NCBI GenBank assembly: GCA_001643675.2
Contig: LSRY02000022.1
Coordinates: 868,001 to 932,000 of the forward strand
Source: Monocercomonoides exilis PA203
Taxonomy: Eukaryota; Protista; Preaxostyla
Length of the DNA stretch: 64,000 bases
Reading direction: 5' to 3'
Each line of letters begins with the position of its first letter. The first letter of the stretch is position 1. The translations under genes were made by a program, and so were the position numbers. Below, piece after piece: positions 1 through 13,370 of this stretch. The notes beneath the pieces were generated by a model, which ran no database searches, had not been told where the DNA came from, and was given only the letters and a program-made list of their open reading frames with translations.

Positions 1-2
1 AA

Positions 3-1823
3 GCAAACAAAGAACCTGAAGAGACCCAAATAACGGAAATTGAGAAATCCCTTCACGGACAGTTCATGGAAATGTATAAGGAGCAAATGTATGAGATCCA
101 AAATAAATATTTCAAGGAACTTAATCTTTCAGATCCAAGTGCACAAAGTGATGAAAAGACATTGAAAGTCATCCATGAAAAAATTGAAACTGCAACAGGG
201 TTGGAACAAGCAAATTTGGAGAAGTGTTTGAAACAACTAAAAATCCTCACTATCCTGAGAAAGGCACTTGAAGAAGGACGATTCATATTTAATGATCCAG
301 TGAACAGTTTCTCAGTTGATAGACTGAGAGGCATTTTACGTGATGAACGATATTTTGTGCATTCTAATCGTTTATCGCTTGGTAGATGCACACCAGAATC
401 ATCGATGTTCCTTAATTCAGTTTCTGAAATGGCGATTAAACTGAGTTGGCTTGTGGAAGCAATGATCGGCAGAATGCATTTCCCCAAAAATTTGGCATCG
501 ACCAAAGAAGCATGCGAATCTTTCATAAGGATGCTGGAACAAGACAGCAGCAAGCTGAGTGGAAATGAAATGAAACTCTACGATGACTTGAGAAAATTAG
601 ATGTTGAAAGTCCAGAACTTGTTGAAACTCGAATCGAAAATGAAGAGAATTCAATAAAGGAAATTGAAAAATTGATAAAAGACAATAATGATCTAATCTC
701 ATCGCTCGATACGGATGAGTCTGTTTTGTACGAAAAATATCATTTTGAGAAAAAAGATGGATTCTTTTCAAGTGAAATAGTTGTCGAAAAACCTGTCAAA
801 GTCCCAGGCTCAATGTTCAAATTTATTCCAGAGAATGAATTAACTCATGCCGATGAGGACAAATTGAAGCCAAAAATCGAAAATGGATGGTTTCGAGGAG
901 CATTCAAGGCAGAAAAAGGAATTAAAAAAATAATTGAACCCAGTGTTTCATTGATAACACAGCTATTAACATTCAATCCAATAATATCTGCAATTGGTTC
1001 AATTGGAACCAAAGTTGTTGGTCATGCTTTGAATTATTTCATGCCTGATCGGGCATGTGCCTGTGAAGGAACAATTGAGTTTTATGCCCAATCTGGTGAC
1101 ATTCCATCAAATAAGCAAAAAATTGAACAATATAGGATCAAAATTTTTGAGATGGTTAAACAGGCTGAAAAGGTTAGAAAAAACATTGACTTTTTGAATG
1201 ATACAAAGAAGAAAATAAACAATACAAAGACAATGCTTGAAGAAGCAGAAATGATGAAAGCAGTTTGGCAGAAAAGAGTAGAAAAAGTGGAAGAAATTTT
1301 GCGGTTTTGTGATGAATGCGACAAGAAATATAAAGAAAGTCGAAAATTGATTGATCAGCTGTATTTTTTTGCAAAGCACTATCTTCCACAGACGTTTGTG
1401 AATCGATTCAAAGCAGGCAAATCAATTCCATCAACTTTGAAATCCTTTTTGCCATCTTCTTCTGCTGTGCCATCAATATCAAGTTCTTTTGACGTGTGCC
1501 AGGAAAAAGAATCTTCTTTCTCAGCTGAATCCTCATTTTTGCCCTGTGTTTGTGAATGCAAAGCAAATGAAGATGAAGAGGAGGAGCAAGACTTGCCACT
1601 TGAACAACAAGTTGATGAAGACAAAAAGATTTTGGCGAGGTTTATGGTTGCATTAGAGAAACTGGAAGAAACTCACAAACAGCAAAATACTATTTCTTTG
1701 GAGTTTGCGGGAAAATTTGATCCAAAAGAAGTGGAAAAGAGTATTGATGAAATCGGAAAAATATATCATCAGACTGCTGGATGTATTGGATATTTCGAGC
1801 AATTCAAAAAATGCATATTTTAA
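3..1823 (+). CDS. Hypothetical coiled-coil-rich protein, 5'-truncated by the window edge
   Basis: 585-aa ORF from Met 66. The same frame is open back to position 3 (gca aac aaa gaa cct...). K/E-rich heptad segments; no family recognised. Confidence 0.7.
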   Translation, partial: ANKEPEETQITEIEKSLHGQFMEMYKEQMYEIQNKYFKELNLSDPSAQSDEKTLKVIHEKIETATGLEQANLEKCLKQLKILTILRKALEEGRFIFNDPVNSFSVDRLRGILRDERYFVHSNRLSLGRCTPESSMFLNSVSEMAIKLSWLVEAMIGRMHFPKNLASTKEACESFIRMLEQDSSKLSGNEMKLYDDLRKLDVESPELVETRIENEENSIKEIEKLIKDNNDLISSLDTDESVLYEKYHFEKKDGFFSSEIVVEKPVKVPGSMFKFIPENELTHADEDKLKPKIENGWFRGAFKAEKGIKKIIEPSVSLITQLLTFNPIISAIGSIGTKVVGHALNYFMPDRACACEGTIEFYAQSGDIPSNKQKIEQYRIKIFEMVKQAEKVRKNIDFLNDTKKKINNTKTMLEEAEMMKAVWQKRVEKVEEILRFCDECDKKYKESRKLIDQLYFFAKHYLPQTFVNRFKAGKSIPSTLKSFLPSSSAVPSISSSFDVCQEKESSFSAESSFLPCVCECKANEDEEEEQDLPLEQQVDEDKKILARFMVALEKLEETHKQQNTISLEFAGKFDPKEVEKSIDEIGKIYHQTAGCIGYFEQFKKCIF

Positions 1824-1937
1824 ACTCTGAAAAGGAAATTGAAACGTTTTCCATTGAACCTTCTTCCATTGATTGAAAGATGAACATTGAGTTGCATTTT
1901 TATTTATATTCTGTTTTGTTTTTTGGATCTTGATTTG

Positions 1938-2118
1938 AAATGGGACGATTTATTTTCTTCACAAATTTTGTTCCACACAATGCTTTCTAATGTTTTTCTC
2001 AGTACTTAAATTTTTCTTTGTTTTTTGGGCATCATTATAATAGAATTAGATGAGATAATTAATAAAAATTTCTGAACAAATCCTTGTTTTTTCATCAATG
2101 CAAAAATTATGTACCATT
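1938..2118 (-). repeat. ~185-bp dispersed repeat, copy A
   Basis: Reverse complement of 30681-30867 (ttttgttccacac / gcgtggaacaaaa; tcatcaatgcaaaaattatgtaccatt / aatgggacagaattcttgcatttatga). Confidence 0.75.
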
Positions 2119-2759
2119 CATCTTGTCAAATGGATCCGTTATAAAATGGCTAATAACTGTAAAAAGTTTTGTTTTTCGCTGTTGAATCTTATTTCGGTGA
2201 GTAATTTATCATGCTGCCTTTTATATTGGGAAATAAATTTTCTGGCTCACAGAAGCAACTTTCAAAAGTATAAAATTTTCAATGAAATTTATAATATCTG
2301 TGATTATTTTTCATATGTTACAAAATTCTTTCATTGATGAAAAATTCAAAGATTAATTCCAAACTTTTACTTCCATCGTTTGATTTAACCCTTGGTGACG
2401 TGAGGAAAAAAAATCGTCACGTCCGTCACCACTTTTCCACTTCAAAATAAAAAAAATAAAAAATAAAAAATAAACATTTCTAAACAATATTTCTGATATC
2501 CTTTTTTTCCAACATTTAGCTTATATTCTTTATTTTTTATCAAAAAATTTTATAATAATGAAACCCATAATAATATGATCATGTTATAAACGTTGCTTTG
2601 TTTAATAATCTTGTGAGAAATCCATATGTGTTTCATGAAGTTGGAAAAGTTTCTTTTTCGTGGTATTGTCTAATAATTATTTCTTTTCGAATGATTGAAT
2701 TCAAATAAATGTTTATTAATTATTTAAGAGAAAATAGCACAGCTTTCTGAACACAACTG

Positions 2760-4186
2760 TATCGTTAACAATCAGACAAAGAATAAAACAGAAAGGTTAA
2801 CAGGTGTGCAATGTACTTGTGTTTGAACAATAGTGAGTGGATTTCTTTCTCTGTTTTTTGTTTTTTGAAGTATTATTTTCTAAGCTGGAACGTTGTTTCA
2901 GCAATGAAAAAAAAAAAAATAACTACAGAAAATCGTTAAAATGAACGAAATAGCGAAAGTAATGAAGCAAAGTTAATTGGAGACCATTTTGATCGAAGAA
3001 CTATTCAACAAAATAGATATAATGATTGGAGAAAAGAATCTTTCGATGGAAAACACAATTTTCCTGTTAAAGCTCGTTGGATGTCACAAAGTGCTGAAAA
3101 TAAATTCTTTTGATGAATTTGATGAATTATTATTGGGAAAAAGAATGAGAGAAATGATAATTGATGAAAATAAGAAGAAAAAAGAAATGAACGAAAAGTT
3201 AATGGCAGATCTCTGTGAATGATTCATTTTTCTGGGCCACAGACGTTCGTATGAATTGTTTTCAATCGGTTTGCCGTGTCTTCTGAAGGTTGCCTCGAAG
3301 AAAGACGAGATCGAAGAATCTCAAAAGGAAGTGGAAATGGCTTTTTAAACTTTGAGCAATATTGGATGTCATGTTTGAATATTTCTTTTTTTATTATGGA
3401 ATCATGGATATTTTTTCTCTTTTTTATCAGCCAATCGAGCAAGGTCTCTTTTTGAATGAAATGACAGTAATTGTGAAACACCATCAAGAGAACAGAATCT
3501 GACATGACTTGCTTCTAATTCTGCTTGGACGTTTTTGATAAAAAGATTTTTTAAAAAAAGAAAATCTTGAAGAAGTGATTATGAAAGAATTGCATTTTGC
3601 AAGAGGGGTAATAAAGGAACTGGAAGAGTTGACAAGAAATGTGAATTGGAAGAAAGAGAAAGAAGAGGAAAAAGAAAAAGGAAAAGCAAGAAGAGCTTGT
3701 TTTGAAGAGATGGCTGCAATTATTGGAGTATTTCTTGGGCTTGTGCTTATTGTGGAATGAAAAATATTCAGAGCTTATCAGATGCGTTGTTCAGTTATTT
3801 AGATCAGCGAAGGAAAATTTCAGAGAAATCAGCTTCTGGTGCATTGTTTTATTTGTAGAAGCAGCGAAAAGCAAAGACTTGCAAGTTGATGACTTGCTGG
3901 AGAGTGGAGCTGTTGATGTTGTTTTGGAGGGGATTCAGCAGTTGACATTAGAAGACGAAATGATAAATCAATTTAGGAATTTTTTATGAATCTCTCAAAA
4001 AGATTGAAAAGAGAGATGGACGAAGCAATGGACAAAGCGAAAAGAAAGAAAAGCAGAAGGAGAGTGTTTGAAAAGATGGTTGAAGAAGGATACGAAGATA
4101 TCATAGCAAGCTTTCATGTTACTCCTGATTTTCTTTGCAGAAAATATAATCGATATTTGACTTTGAAATTCTCGATTATTTTGTAA
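2760..4186 (+). pseudogene. Expanded helical protein family, copy 1 (decayed, inside hAT element)
   Basis: Fragments ELFNKIDIMIGEKNLSMENTIFLLK, ELHFARGVIKELEEL, LLESGAVDVVLE, FEKMVEEGYEDIIASFH match the intact copy at 61621-63059. Several stops and frameshifts. Confidence 0.85.
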
Positions 4187-6370
4187 ATTCTCGAGGAGTT
4201 GCTTTGAGTCTAATTACTCAAAAATGACATTTTTCCATTTTCGTCATTTCGTTAAAATAGAAAACTTTCATTTTATTCTTTAAAAGCGACTGTTTTTCAT
4301 TATTTCAAAAAAAGTGAAACGGAAATAATAATAAAACAAAGTTAAAAAAATTTTTTATGTGTGAATTTCTTTCTTATAATCATTGACTCTTAAGAGGCAT
4401 TTTCCAAAAATGAATTGTTGCTTTTGACTTCGTCAATATGTTCGATTTTGAATAATTAATTATATTGTTAATAAACTCCTGATGACCTCACTTTTTCAAT
4501 TGCAATTTCAACATACCCTGATTGAAAACCTTCGCCTGTCATGCTCACAAACAAAAATTCTTATCACTTCACGAAAGCAAATGTGAATCTTAAAATTGTC
4601 CTTGTTTAAAAAAAAAATTTTATTTTTCTGTAATGTCACATACGGATCTGAATAAGTGAAAAAAACGAAGAAAGATAGTTTTTGATATTAATAAGTTTCG
4701 CCTTTTTCCGATGATGATTATCGTATCACATGAAGCGAAAAGTTTGATGAGTTTATCAAACAAAGAATTTTACAAAAACGAAAGCGTTGAATTTGCTTCT
4801 TTGAACAATCAGAATTAATTATTCAATCAATGAGCATTCTTCAGCATCATTTTGGGATTTGTTATCAGTTCTTTCATAATTAGAAGAGAATTTCTTATAT
4901 AAATTTAAATTGTAATGGTTGCGGGAATTGAAAATTTCAAAAGCTCTCATATTGGTAATGAAGCAAGTTTGCTATGATCTTCTGCTCCTTTTCACATTTC
5001 ATTCATTCAAATGTCTGCATGTTACGTCAAAAGTCACTGATGTCAGTGACGTCTTTAAATTCCGATTGTCGCTTTCATTTCAGTGAAAAATACATAATGG
5101 AAAATTTGATGTTCGCAATTTTAAAAAAAAAATTTTTTTTTGAAAATATCTGCAATTATGAAACTTAATAACAATTATGTTGGTTTTAGTCCATTACGAC
5201 GCGACTAAAAAAAATTCTTCAAATCTGTCAGAAAAAAATATTGTCAAACAACAGGTTCGATTCCTGATAAGAACACTTTTTTATTCAATTCAATTTTTTT
5301 TCAAACAAAAGTTTTGATCAGCTTTATTTCGATGAACTTTCTTAAAATACTCAGTGAAACAATTTGAATGTGAATAATAATGGCATCGATCATTTAAAAA
5401 ATGATCGATTGCATCAGATATCGATGCGCGTTTTGAACAATATGTTATCGTATGGCAAAGTTCAGCACCTTGTTTGAAATCAATTGGTGACTTGTTTCCT
5501 ATCCTTTTCCGCATTTTAGATGTTTCTGCATTTGAGTTAATTAATTTGGATATTTTTCGTCTGAACAATGAAGCGTTTAATAGTTTGTGTTTTTATGATG
5601 CTGAAATTATATTAAAGATAAGTTATTCAATCAGCCTTTTTCATTTTTCATTCAATATAATATCAATTTGTGTAATTTTATGAAGATTATAAAATTACAT
5701 CTCCAGATGTTTTTTAATGGATATTGCGCTTGTTGTTGAAGCACATAAAAACATTTAAGAAAAATTGACTCGTTGGCATCAAGCTATTCTTTGTTTATTT
5801 GAAACTGTCTTCGATTTGTGCAAAAAAATTGATGGAAGATTTTAAAGAAGTGTTGAATTGTCAGACAACAGTGATTGCCAAATAATTTCTTGCATTTTCA
5901 TCTGTGATTTATTATTTTTCCATATTATTCATCTGTTTATTTATTGCTTTAATAGAAAAGCTGAAATGCAATTTTTTTTCTGAAACGAATGCATATTCAT
6001 AATAATAAAGAAAAACAATAAAGCTCATCAAGATCCTTATAATGATTTTTCTCTTCTTTAGTGAAAATTCTGAAATGCCGAACATTTGATATCATTATGT
6101 CATATCCGTCCAAAAGGAAAATTCATTTTTGAAAATGATGTCCATTTTCATCAAAAAAAATAATGAATTTAAAAAAAAAATGTTGTTTGAAAGTCGTACA
6201 AATATTTTAGTTTCTTTTATGACTTCACATTTTCAAAAGAATCAAATACAAGTATTTAATAAACTATTTGCATATTAGCGATATGAACTCATTGTTTCAA
6301 AGGAAAAAAAATGTTCATCAGATAAGAATGCAAAAATTGAAAAATGAAAAATATTAACGAACTTTAATCA

Positions 6371-9300
6371 TCAAACAAGGAGAAGTGTATTCAATGTTTC
6401 TTCACTTAAAGAATGACGCCGATCTCCAACAATTTTTCTCATTTTTGAAAAAATCCTTTCACAAGGCGCTTCGCTGAAAGGACTGGCAATTAAAGACATG
6501 CAAATGTTTGCGTAAATGGTGTGAATTTTGCTTAGTGAACCAATGATTGAGTAATATGTGAAAGGATTTACGTAAATAGTTTCCTTTTCAGTTGGATATA
6601 GTGACTCATAAAATATCTTCTTGTATTCATCAATATGTATTTTATTTGCTTTGGAAAATATATTCTCTGTGAAAGAATTGAACGAAGATATGGGTGATTA
6701 TTTTTGAAACCACATTTTTTCTTTCAATAATTTCGGTTCGAAAATTTCTTTTGGGTATCAACAAAAGAATAATGAAAAGTGAAAAAGCATATTCAAGACC
6801 TCTATATTTTCATTTCGGATCATGCATTTGTTTCTGAAATAGTTATAATAATTTTTAGCATTTAAACACAAAATCTTTTCCCAAAAACAAACAATCATTG
6901 AAAAATCAACACCCCGAAAAAAGATATGATTTCAAAAATAATCACCCATATTATTCTCATACTCCAATTAGATGTTATAGCAGATTCAATACTCGAAGTT
7001 ATTTCCTTAATGTCATCTTCAGTTGTCATTTTGTTGCGTGCAACTTGTTCATTTGATCCAATTTCGCAAACGTCCAACTCTATTTCCTCATTTGAACTTG
7101 ATGTGGGTTCTTCGATATCTTCAATATCCATTCTGGATGAACAATTTTCTTCATTTTCTGTATGCATATCTGAACATGTCTTTTCAGTATTTTTTGAAGA
7201 GAAACACATTAAATTCTCATTTGAAGTTGGAAAACATTTAAATACATCATTTTCTGCTTCCAATTCTGCATCGGTCAATCCAAGCAGATCTTCGAAATCT
7301 TCACTAATTGAAAAATCATTCGCTTCATCGTTGTTTGAAATACCTTCAGATGCTAATTCAAATATTCGCAATAATTTGTCCAATAGCTCATCATTTTTGT
7401 TTGTGATTGAAACTGAGCCTTCTGAAGAATGACTGGAAGTTCCTTCCGTTAATGTGGTAGCAAAGCCGAGTCCATTTTTGTGCGATAAATGGATTCCTTT
7501 TGAGAAAGAAATTGCTGAGTAAAATGAAGTGATTGACAATGGGGTTTCAATGCCTTTGGTATTGGAAACAAATGAATTAAACAATGAAGTTGATGTTTGA
7601 TTTTCATCAATTGAAGTTGGATCAGAGAAATGAACTTGTGGAAATTGCGATTCTTTGCATGCAGATGAATTATCGGTTGATGAAGATGCTTGTTCCTCAT
7701 TTTAATATTTCAAAGGATCAAAAACTGTAGATGTTGAGAATAAATTGGAGTATCTTTAAAATTGAGAACTGTCTTTGGACATATCATCTGAAGGTTCAGT
7801 GGTTATTTGATTCGACTTTGAACTTGAGACAATTTGATTTTGCTCTGCTTCAATATTAAATTTGAACAAAGTTGTTTCAAAATTAAATATCGATGCAAAT
7901 TCACCTTTTCTGAAATTGTTCAAACCATTTGGAGTTAACACATATGCTAATGCTATCATGTCGCTTCTTGGTCCTGACAAAAACGAATTGAATAATTCAA
8001 TCAAAAAATCACAAATACAAATTGACCATTGAAGTTCTTTAAAACTTGGTTGATTGAGAATGATAAAATACCTTCACAAAGCTTTCAGTTGTTCTGGAAA
8101 TGCTCCTCCAAGTTTTGAAGTTTCATTCTCAAAAAAGAAGTTCAATTGCTGCAATGGAAGATGCAAAATTTCTGTTCTTATAATATCTGAGACTGTGTTT
8201 GAATCAAGAAGTTCAGCTTGCAAAATCATTTTTTTGTTGACTCTGATGAAACGACAAATTTGATATAAACAAAGCCATCTTGTTGCAACGACAGTCGGAT
8301 ATTTTGTTTTCAAAATCGAATAAATTCTGGGATTGTGAGCGCTTTTTGAAAACTCAACAATTGTTTCCTTCAATGTTTTCAGTGTTTGATTGTTGGAAAA
8401 AATTTTCACAATTATCAAATTAGTTAAATGATTCATGCAGTAAATAAAAAAAGGACCAAATGCGAACAATTGTTGAGGACCTTTATTCAAAAAAAGTCTG
8501 TTTCTTATTTGTTGCAAAGCTTTTCTTTGCGGAAGAAGTTCATCGTTGCAAAAGCAGTGCACCTATGATTTGCATATTGTTATTTCGCGGATTATATTCA
8601 AGGCCAAGTTTTCATTATATTTTGATGAGTAACAAGCGGAATATAATTTCCAAAAAATTGGTTTCCCAGAAATTGTCAGTGGGACAACAGAAACAGCTGT
8701 ATATTTCTTTCCGGATATTGCTCCTCCGTCAATCATGACCCCAACTGGAACATTTTCAATGTGTGAATATCTCTCTGATTCTATTCTTTTCCTTTCTATT
8801 GAAAGCATGTTGGACACTTTTCTTTCAGTAATCAGTGGAAATATTGTTCTTGGAGGAAGAGTGGGATTTTTCTGAGTAATTTGATTTTTAAATTGTGTAA
8901 GTTATTCAATTCAGATGAAGATGCTGAACGAAATGATACGTTGCAGTGACTGACAAACTGAACAAATGAGGTTGACAAATCTGAAAACTGAATTGACTTT
9001 TCTGATGTTAGAATTTGTGTTGATGATTGTTTGCCTTTATCAGTATTTTTTTCCACATTAAGTGATCTTAACTTTGATTCGAAGTGATCGTGCATTTGTG
9101 CGAATCCAAAGAAACATATCCCCTTCTTCCAGAAAATCCGCAATTGAATCCTTTCCAACTGTTTGGACAAAGAAGATATCTGTGACCATCTTTTTTGACA
9201 CTTCCATCTTGCTGAATAGGAATAAAAGATATCCACAAATTATCTTTAAATATTTCCAGTGATATTTTTGTTATGAACTTTCCATATTCTTTAGGGTGCC
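6371..9300 (-). pseudogene. hAT transposase pseudogene
   Basis: Fragments give VMIDGG, VATRWLCLY, ALAYVLTP and the hAT C-terminal dimerisation motif SPFSEAPCERIFSKMRKIVGDRRHSL. Removing the MITE at 6691-6948 plus one TA restores the frame from 7584 to the stop at 6371. 5' end approximate. Confidence 0.8.
6691..6948. mobile_element. 258-bp MITE (TA TSD, Tc1/mariner-type), copy 1
   Basis: TA-TGGGTGATTATTTTTGA...TCAAAAATAATCACCCA-TA. Interrupts the hAT ORF; a homologous copy of identical length lies at 43364-43621. Confidence 0.88.
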
Positions 9301-10868
9301 TGTAAACTATTGGTGGAAAATATAATTTTTAAAACAGAAAAAAATTAAAACCATTTCCTTTCTCAGTTGTTTTGACATATTCCAAAGCAACGAATCCACA
9401 TCCAATCTTTTGCAATACGTTACATTTTATTATAATATGCTTTTTTCTTCAAAATTTATAGAAAAATTCTGTTTCACAATTAAATGCGATTTTAACCACA
9501 TCCAATTGAAAGATCTTTCAGGGATAATTGAAGTTCAGGTGGTAAACTGTTCAATAGATCAGGATCCATTAAAATAATAAATTTTTCTGTTGCCCAGACT
9601 CTCCACTGGAAAAAATTGTCTTCAAATTTCCATTACTGACTGATCTTGTCAATAAACCATAACTTTGAAAATAATCCTTATAATTTTAACAACATAGAAA
9701 AAGCTTATAAAAAAAGAAGATCCAAGTACATTAAAATAAACATTTTGCATTATTTATTTATTTTCCATATTTTTAAGCTTTTTCATAGGATGAAATTTGA
9801 GTGACAGAAGTGTTTTATAAAGTTGGTCATTTTAACTTTTTGTTTCAAAAAATGTAACAAGTCGCAGAGGATTAGTTGGTTTTGCTTTGTAACGTGGAAA
9901 ATTTTGTCACGTCCGTCAAACATCGAAATAGTTACGTCAGAAGTCACCACGTCACCCAGGGTTAATTTGAAGATTGCTCCAAAGCTTTGAGCAACAAAAT
10001 GTGTGATTTTCTTATTAATTAATTTCGAATAAGCATTTTTTTAAAACAAACAGAAATCAATTCATTTATTAATAGAGTGAAATCTTCAAAAAATTCATCT
10101 CCATTCAAAAAAATCAAGACTTTAACTTAATTTGAAGTCGTGAAATAGTCGAAATAAAAAGCATTGCATTGTTTGTCTCAAATAATAATTTAAAAAATCA
10201 TCAATCAATGCAAAAAAATTCAACATTTGAAAAGTCACAATGGGGCTGCATTTTGATTTTTTGAAATTTTTTTGTTTCGTCTGTGACAAGACATGTTTAA
10301 AAATTATTTGTCTGTCATGCAAAAAAAAGAAAAGAAAAAAGATTAGAAAACATTTTGTAACAATATATGGGGCAAAATATTTCACTTCAGGTATTTTCAT
10401 TGAAAAATTATGCACTCTTCAATAACTTTTTTAAATCAAAAACACAAAATAAAAATCAGTCCATTTTTCGACATTTGTGAAATGTCACAAAACCTTATGT
10501 TTTGATTTCAACTATGCCTGTTTGAGGATATTTAAATCAAATTCATTTCGAAATCTGAGAAAGCGAAACAAAGTTATGAGTCATTCAATTTTTCAATGCC
10601 TTGTGCATAAAAAGCTTGAAAGTCCATATTTTCACCTGTGTATAACATATTGTGATATATTAACCCAGTCATTTTCATAAACGAGGTAATTATTATTTTA
10701 TTGTTGAGGCAAAAGAAATAAATAATAATTTTCAAAAAAAAATCAAACACTAATTTTTTTATTTTTCTATATCATGAAAGCACAGGAATTATCTTGTTTC
10801 ACTTTTAGAGTTTGATGAAGATCTTGGGAATTATTAATTTATTTTTGATCATTTGTCATGTTCGTTTT

Positions 10869-11436
10869 TTTACCAACTCTCTTTCTTTGCTTATTTTTAA
10901 CAACAAGGGCATAAAACATACATTACGAAGTTTATTGATCGAAAATTTTTATGTTTTTTCTAATTTTTTCTATTGTTTTTCACAATTCATCATTTTGGTC
11001 AAAAAATATGAAAAAATGAAAATAATGAGCAATTCAATTTTTTTGTATATTTTAAGTGATGTGCATGAAAAGAAAAAGATTTGCATTAAGTGAATTCCAT
11101 ATTAACATTTTGTGAAATGCTGTTGCTTTCATTTCTTACATCAATTGTTGTGAACGAAAAAATTCATATTCAGCTTTCAAATAAACATCTTATCACTTAG
11201 ATTGATGAATATCAACGCAATATTATCATATTTACATATTGTTGTGACAAATAAATCCAAATAACAAAATAATATGTAGTAATTTTCATTTTTTCATATT
11301 TTTTGACCAAAATGATGAATTGTGAAAAACAATAGAAAAAATAAGAAAAAACATAAAAATTTTCGATCAATAAACTTCGTAATGTATGTTTTATGACCTT
11401 TAAATTAAAAATGAACTTAGAAAAAGAGTTGGTAAA
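10869..11436. repeat. Long inverted repeat / foldback element (155-bp arms, ~260-bp spacer)
   Basis: 10869-11023 is the reverse complement of 11282-11436, nearly perfect over the inner ~120 bp (cataaaacatacattacgaagtttattgatcgaaaa...). Confidence 0.85.
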
Positions 11437-11662
11437 TTTGCAGTAGAGTTAATATTCGAAGGCAAGGAGCAGGTTTACTCCTCGATTATGAGTTTTGATC
11501 TTTAAGTTAGAATTTTAAAAGATCAAACTTCGCTTATTCTCAAACCTGTTTTACACACCATTGTCCTCAGAAGATATGTAATGAGATCCTATTCAATTGG
11601 TTAACAGTGACAGCGAGGACTGAGGATTTGATCTTGCACACAGACTTTCAAGAGTGGAAAAT

Positions 11663-13370
11663 ATGATTGATGAAGTGTCAATGAGCCGAGCAGGACCAAT
11701 GCAGTCCGGAGCTACGGGAATGTTGCCAGTGAAAAAGGAAAAGAGAGAGCGACCAAGAAGGAGATCATGATCGAGATCGAACAAGTCGGAGTTTGAATCA
11801 GATTTTCCAGAGATGATCACGAAGAAGAAACACAGACAGCCGTTGAGGGGCCGTCGCACACTTAGCCAAAGGAAGATGTTGAACGATAAAGAGGACAACG
11901 ATAGTGATTTTGAGGGGACAGAAGTGCAGGAAGAAAAGGAAAGAAAACAAGATTTTGCCAGAATCTTTCCCAGGGAGTGGTTGACACCCCGGAGACAGAC
12001 AGGCGAGCTGAGAAAATTCATGGATTTCTGTGAGGCTGGATCAATTAGGATAAATGATGATATTTTAAATACATTCATCCCGGATACCGAAAAGAATTTC
12101 TTTTCCGGATATACGGACGCGAGCTGGAATGCCTTAGCTGAGAAGAGGGTCACAGCTGAAGGAAGGAAGGATTCTCCAGAAGCTGTGCAAGTCATTGAAT
12201 TGCTTCAACCTTCCCTTGAATAGGTGTTCGAAGCTGCCAATGCAATTGCAGCCATCACAGCAAGGGAGTAAAGGAAAGCATATATAGAGCAGGAAAAGAA
12301 GGTGCGACTGAGAGTGCTATTCTGCTCTCACACACTGATAGCAGACTGTTTCAGCAGAATAAACCTATTGAAGGTCATTCCCCAGTCAAACTGGGAGATC
12401 GAAAAGGGTTTCCTTGAAAGAGGAATGACCAAGAAGGTGCCAGAGAATCTAAAGAAAGTTGGTAGAGATACCAGCTTTTTTTAAGCAGAGGAAGATGTAA
12501 AAGGACATGGTGCATCTCCCGATTCCACAACAGGTTTCTGCCTTGTCTCAGCAAGGAGCGGACGCACAAGGAGGAACAGTTCGAGAAGGAGCACCTAGGG
12601 TTTTGAATACAGACAGCTCCAGAGAAGGGGATACGGCAGGAGCTTTACGGACTTCAGGGGAAAGAAGAGAGCGCCATCGTTCCAAGCACAGTTCCTCCCA
12701 ACCATTACTGGAAGGCCAGTCACTATCACGAGACCATTGCCACCAGCTCCCCCAAGGACCCAAGGAGGGACAGCAATGGAACCAACAATCGGAGCCAACA
12801 AGTTGTCGGAAGAGTAGAGAGAAAAGAGAGAGCCGAGCTTTTCCGCGAGACCGAGAGAGGGGAGAGTGAACTTAATTACAGCGAAATGAATATTCAACGA
12901 GCAACCGTAGCTCCGGGCGAGACGCGATCAGAGATGGAAATGCAGAAACAACATGTGAATATCAGAGAGACTCTGAGCTCGTTAGACCAAAGGAAGGAGA
13001 GAAAACGAGTAGTCACAGGGGATTCTGCGAGAGAGATATCGATAGAAGATGTGCGACATGATGCAACGAAAACAGAGGAAGACTCCATATATCCCCGAGT
13101 GACGAGACAGATGAGCGAGAGGGTGAACGGGAAGATAGTTTGGAGAGCTTCTGGGACTGTTGCGAGCCCCCAATTGGGAGCGCCCGGGAGGGGAGCTCGA
13201 GGACATCTATATTAGATACTCTCGAAGAAGAAGGGAATACACAGATGCAGTATGGTCACACGACGCTAGGAGTGAAGAGGAGAACAGCGAGTGGACCACC
13301 GAAGGAGCTACTGCCTGGGAGGCTAGTGAACAGACTGAGCGAGTGGAAGAAGATTGGGGGGACAAACTAG
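11663..13370 (+). pseudogene. DIRS gag-like ORF (interrupted)
   Basis: Chain of ORFs (11813-12223, 12302-12484 and following) broken by stops and frameshifts, upstream of RT. Assigned by position. Confidence 0.55.

Larger units (their letters stand above)
2386..9964 (-). mobile_element. Large decayed hAT-superfamily DNA transposon with cargo
   Basis: TIRs TAACCCTTGGTGACGTG (2386) and CACGTCACCCAGGGTTA (ends 9964). Subterminal GTCACGTCCGTCA at both ends. 8-bp flanks gtttgatt/atttgaag match 5/8. Encloses a hAT transposase pseudogene. Confidence 0.8.

Noticed and set aside
4900-4970. LASLPI*ELLKFSIPA resembling a MATE transporter N-terminus
   Set aside because: Too short, contains a stop, and is not conserved in that frame in the homologous segment at ~40800.
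2385-9965. piggyBac assignment from TTAA-CCC...GGG-TTAA ends
   Set aside because: The enclosed transposase has hAT motifs and related elements here show perfect 8-bp TSDs; TTAA is probably TIR TAA plus a flanking T/A.
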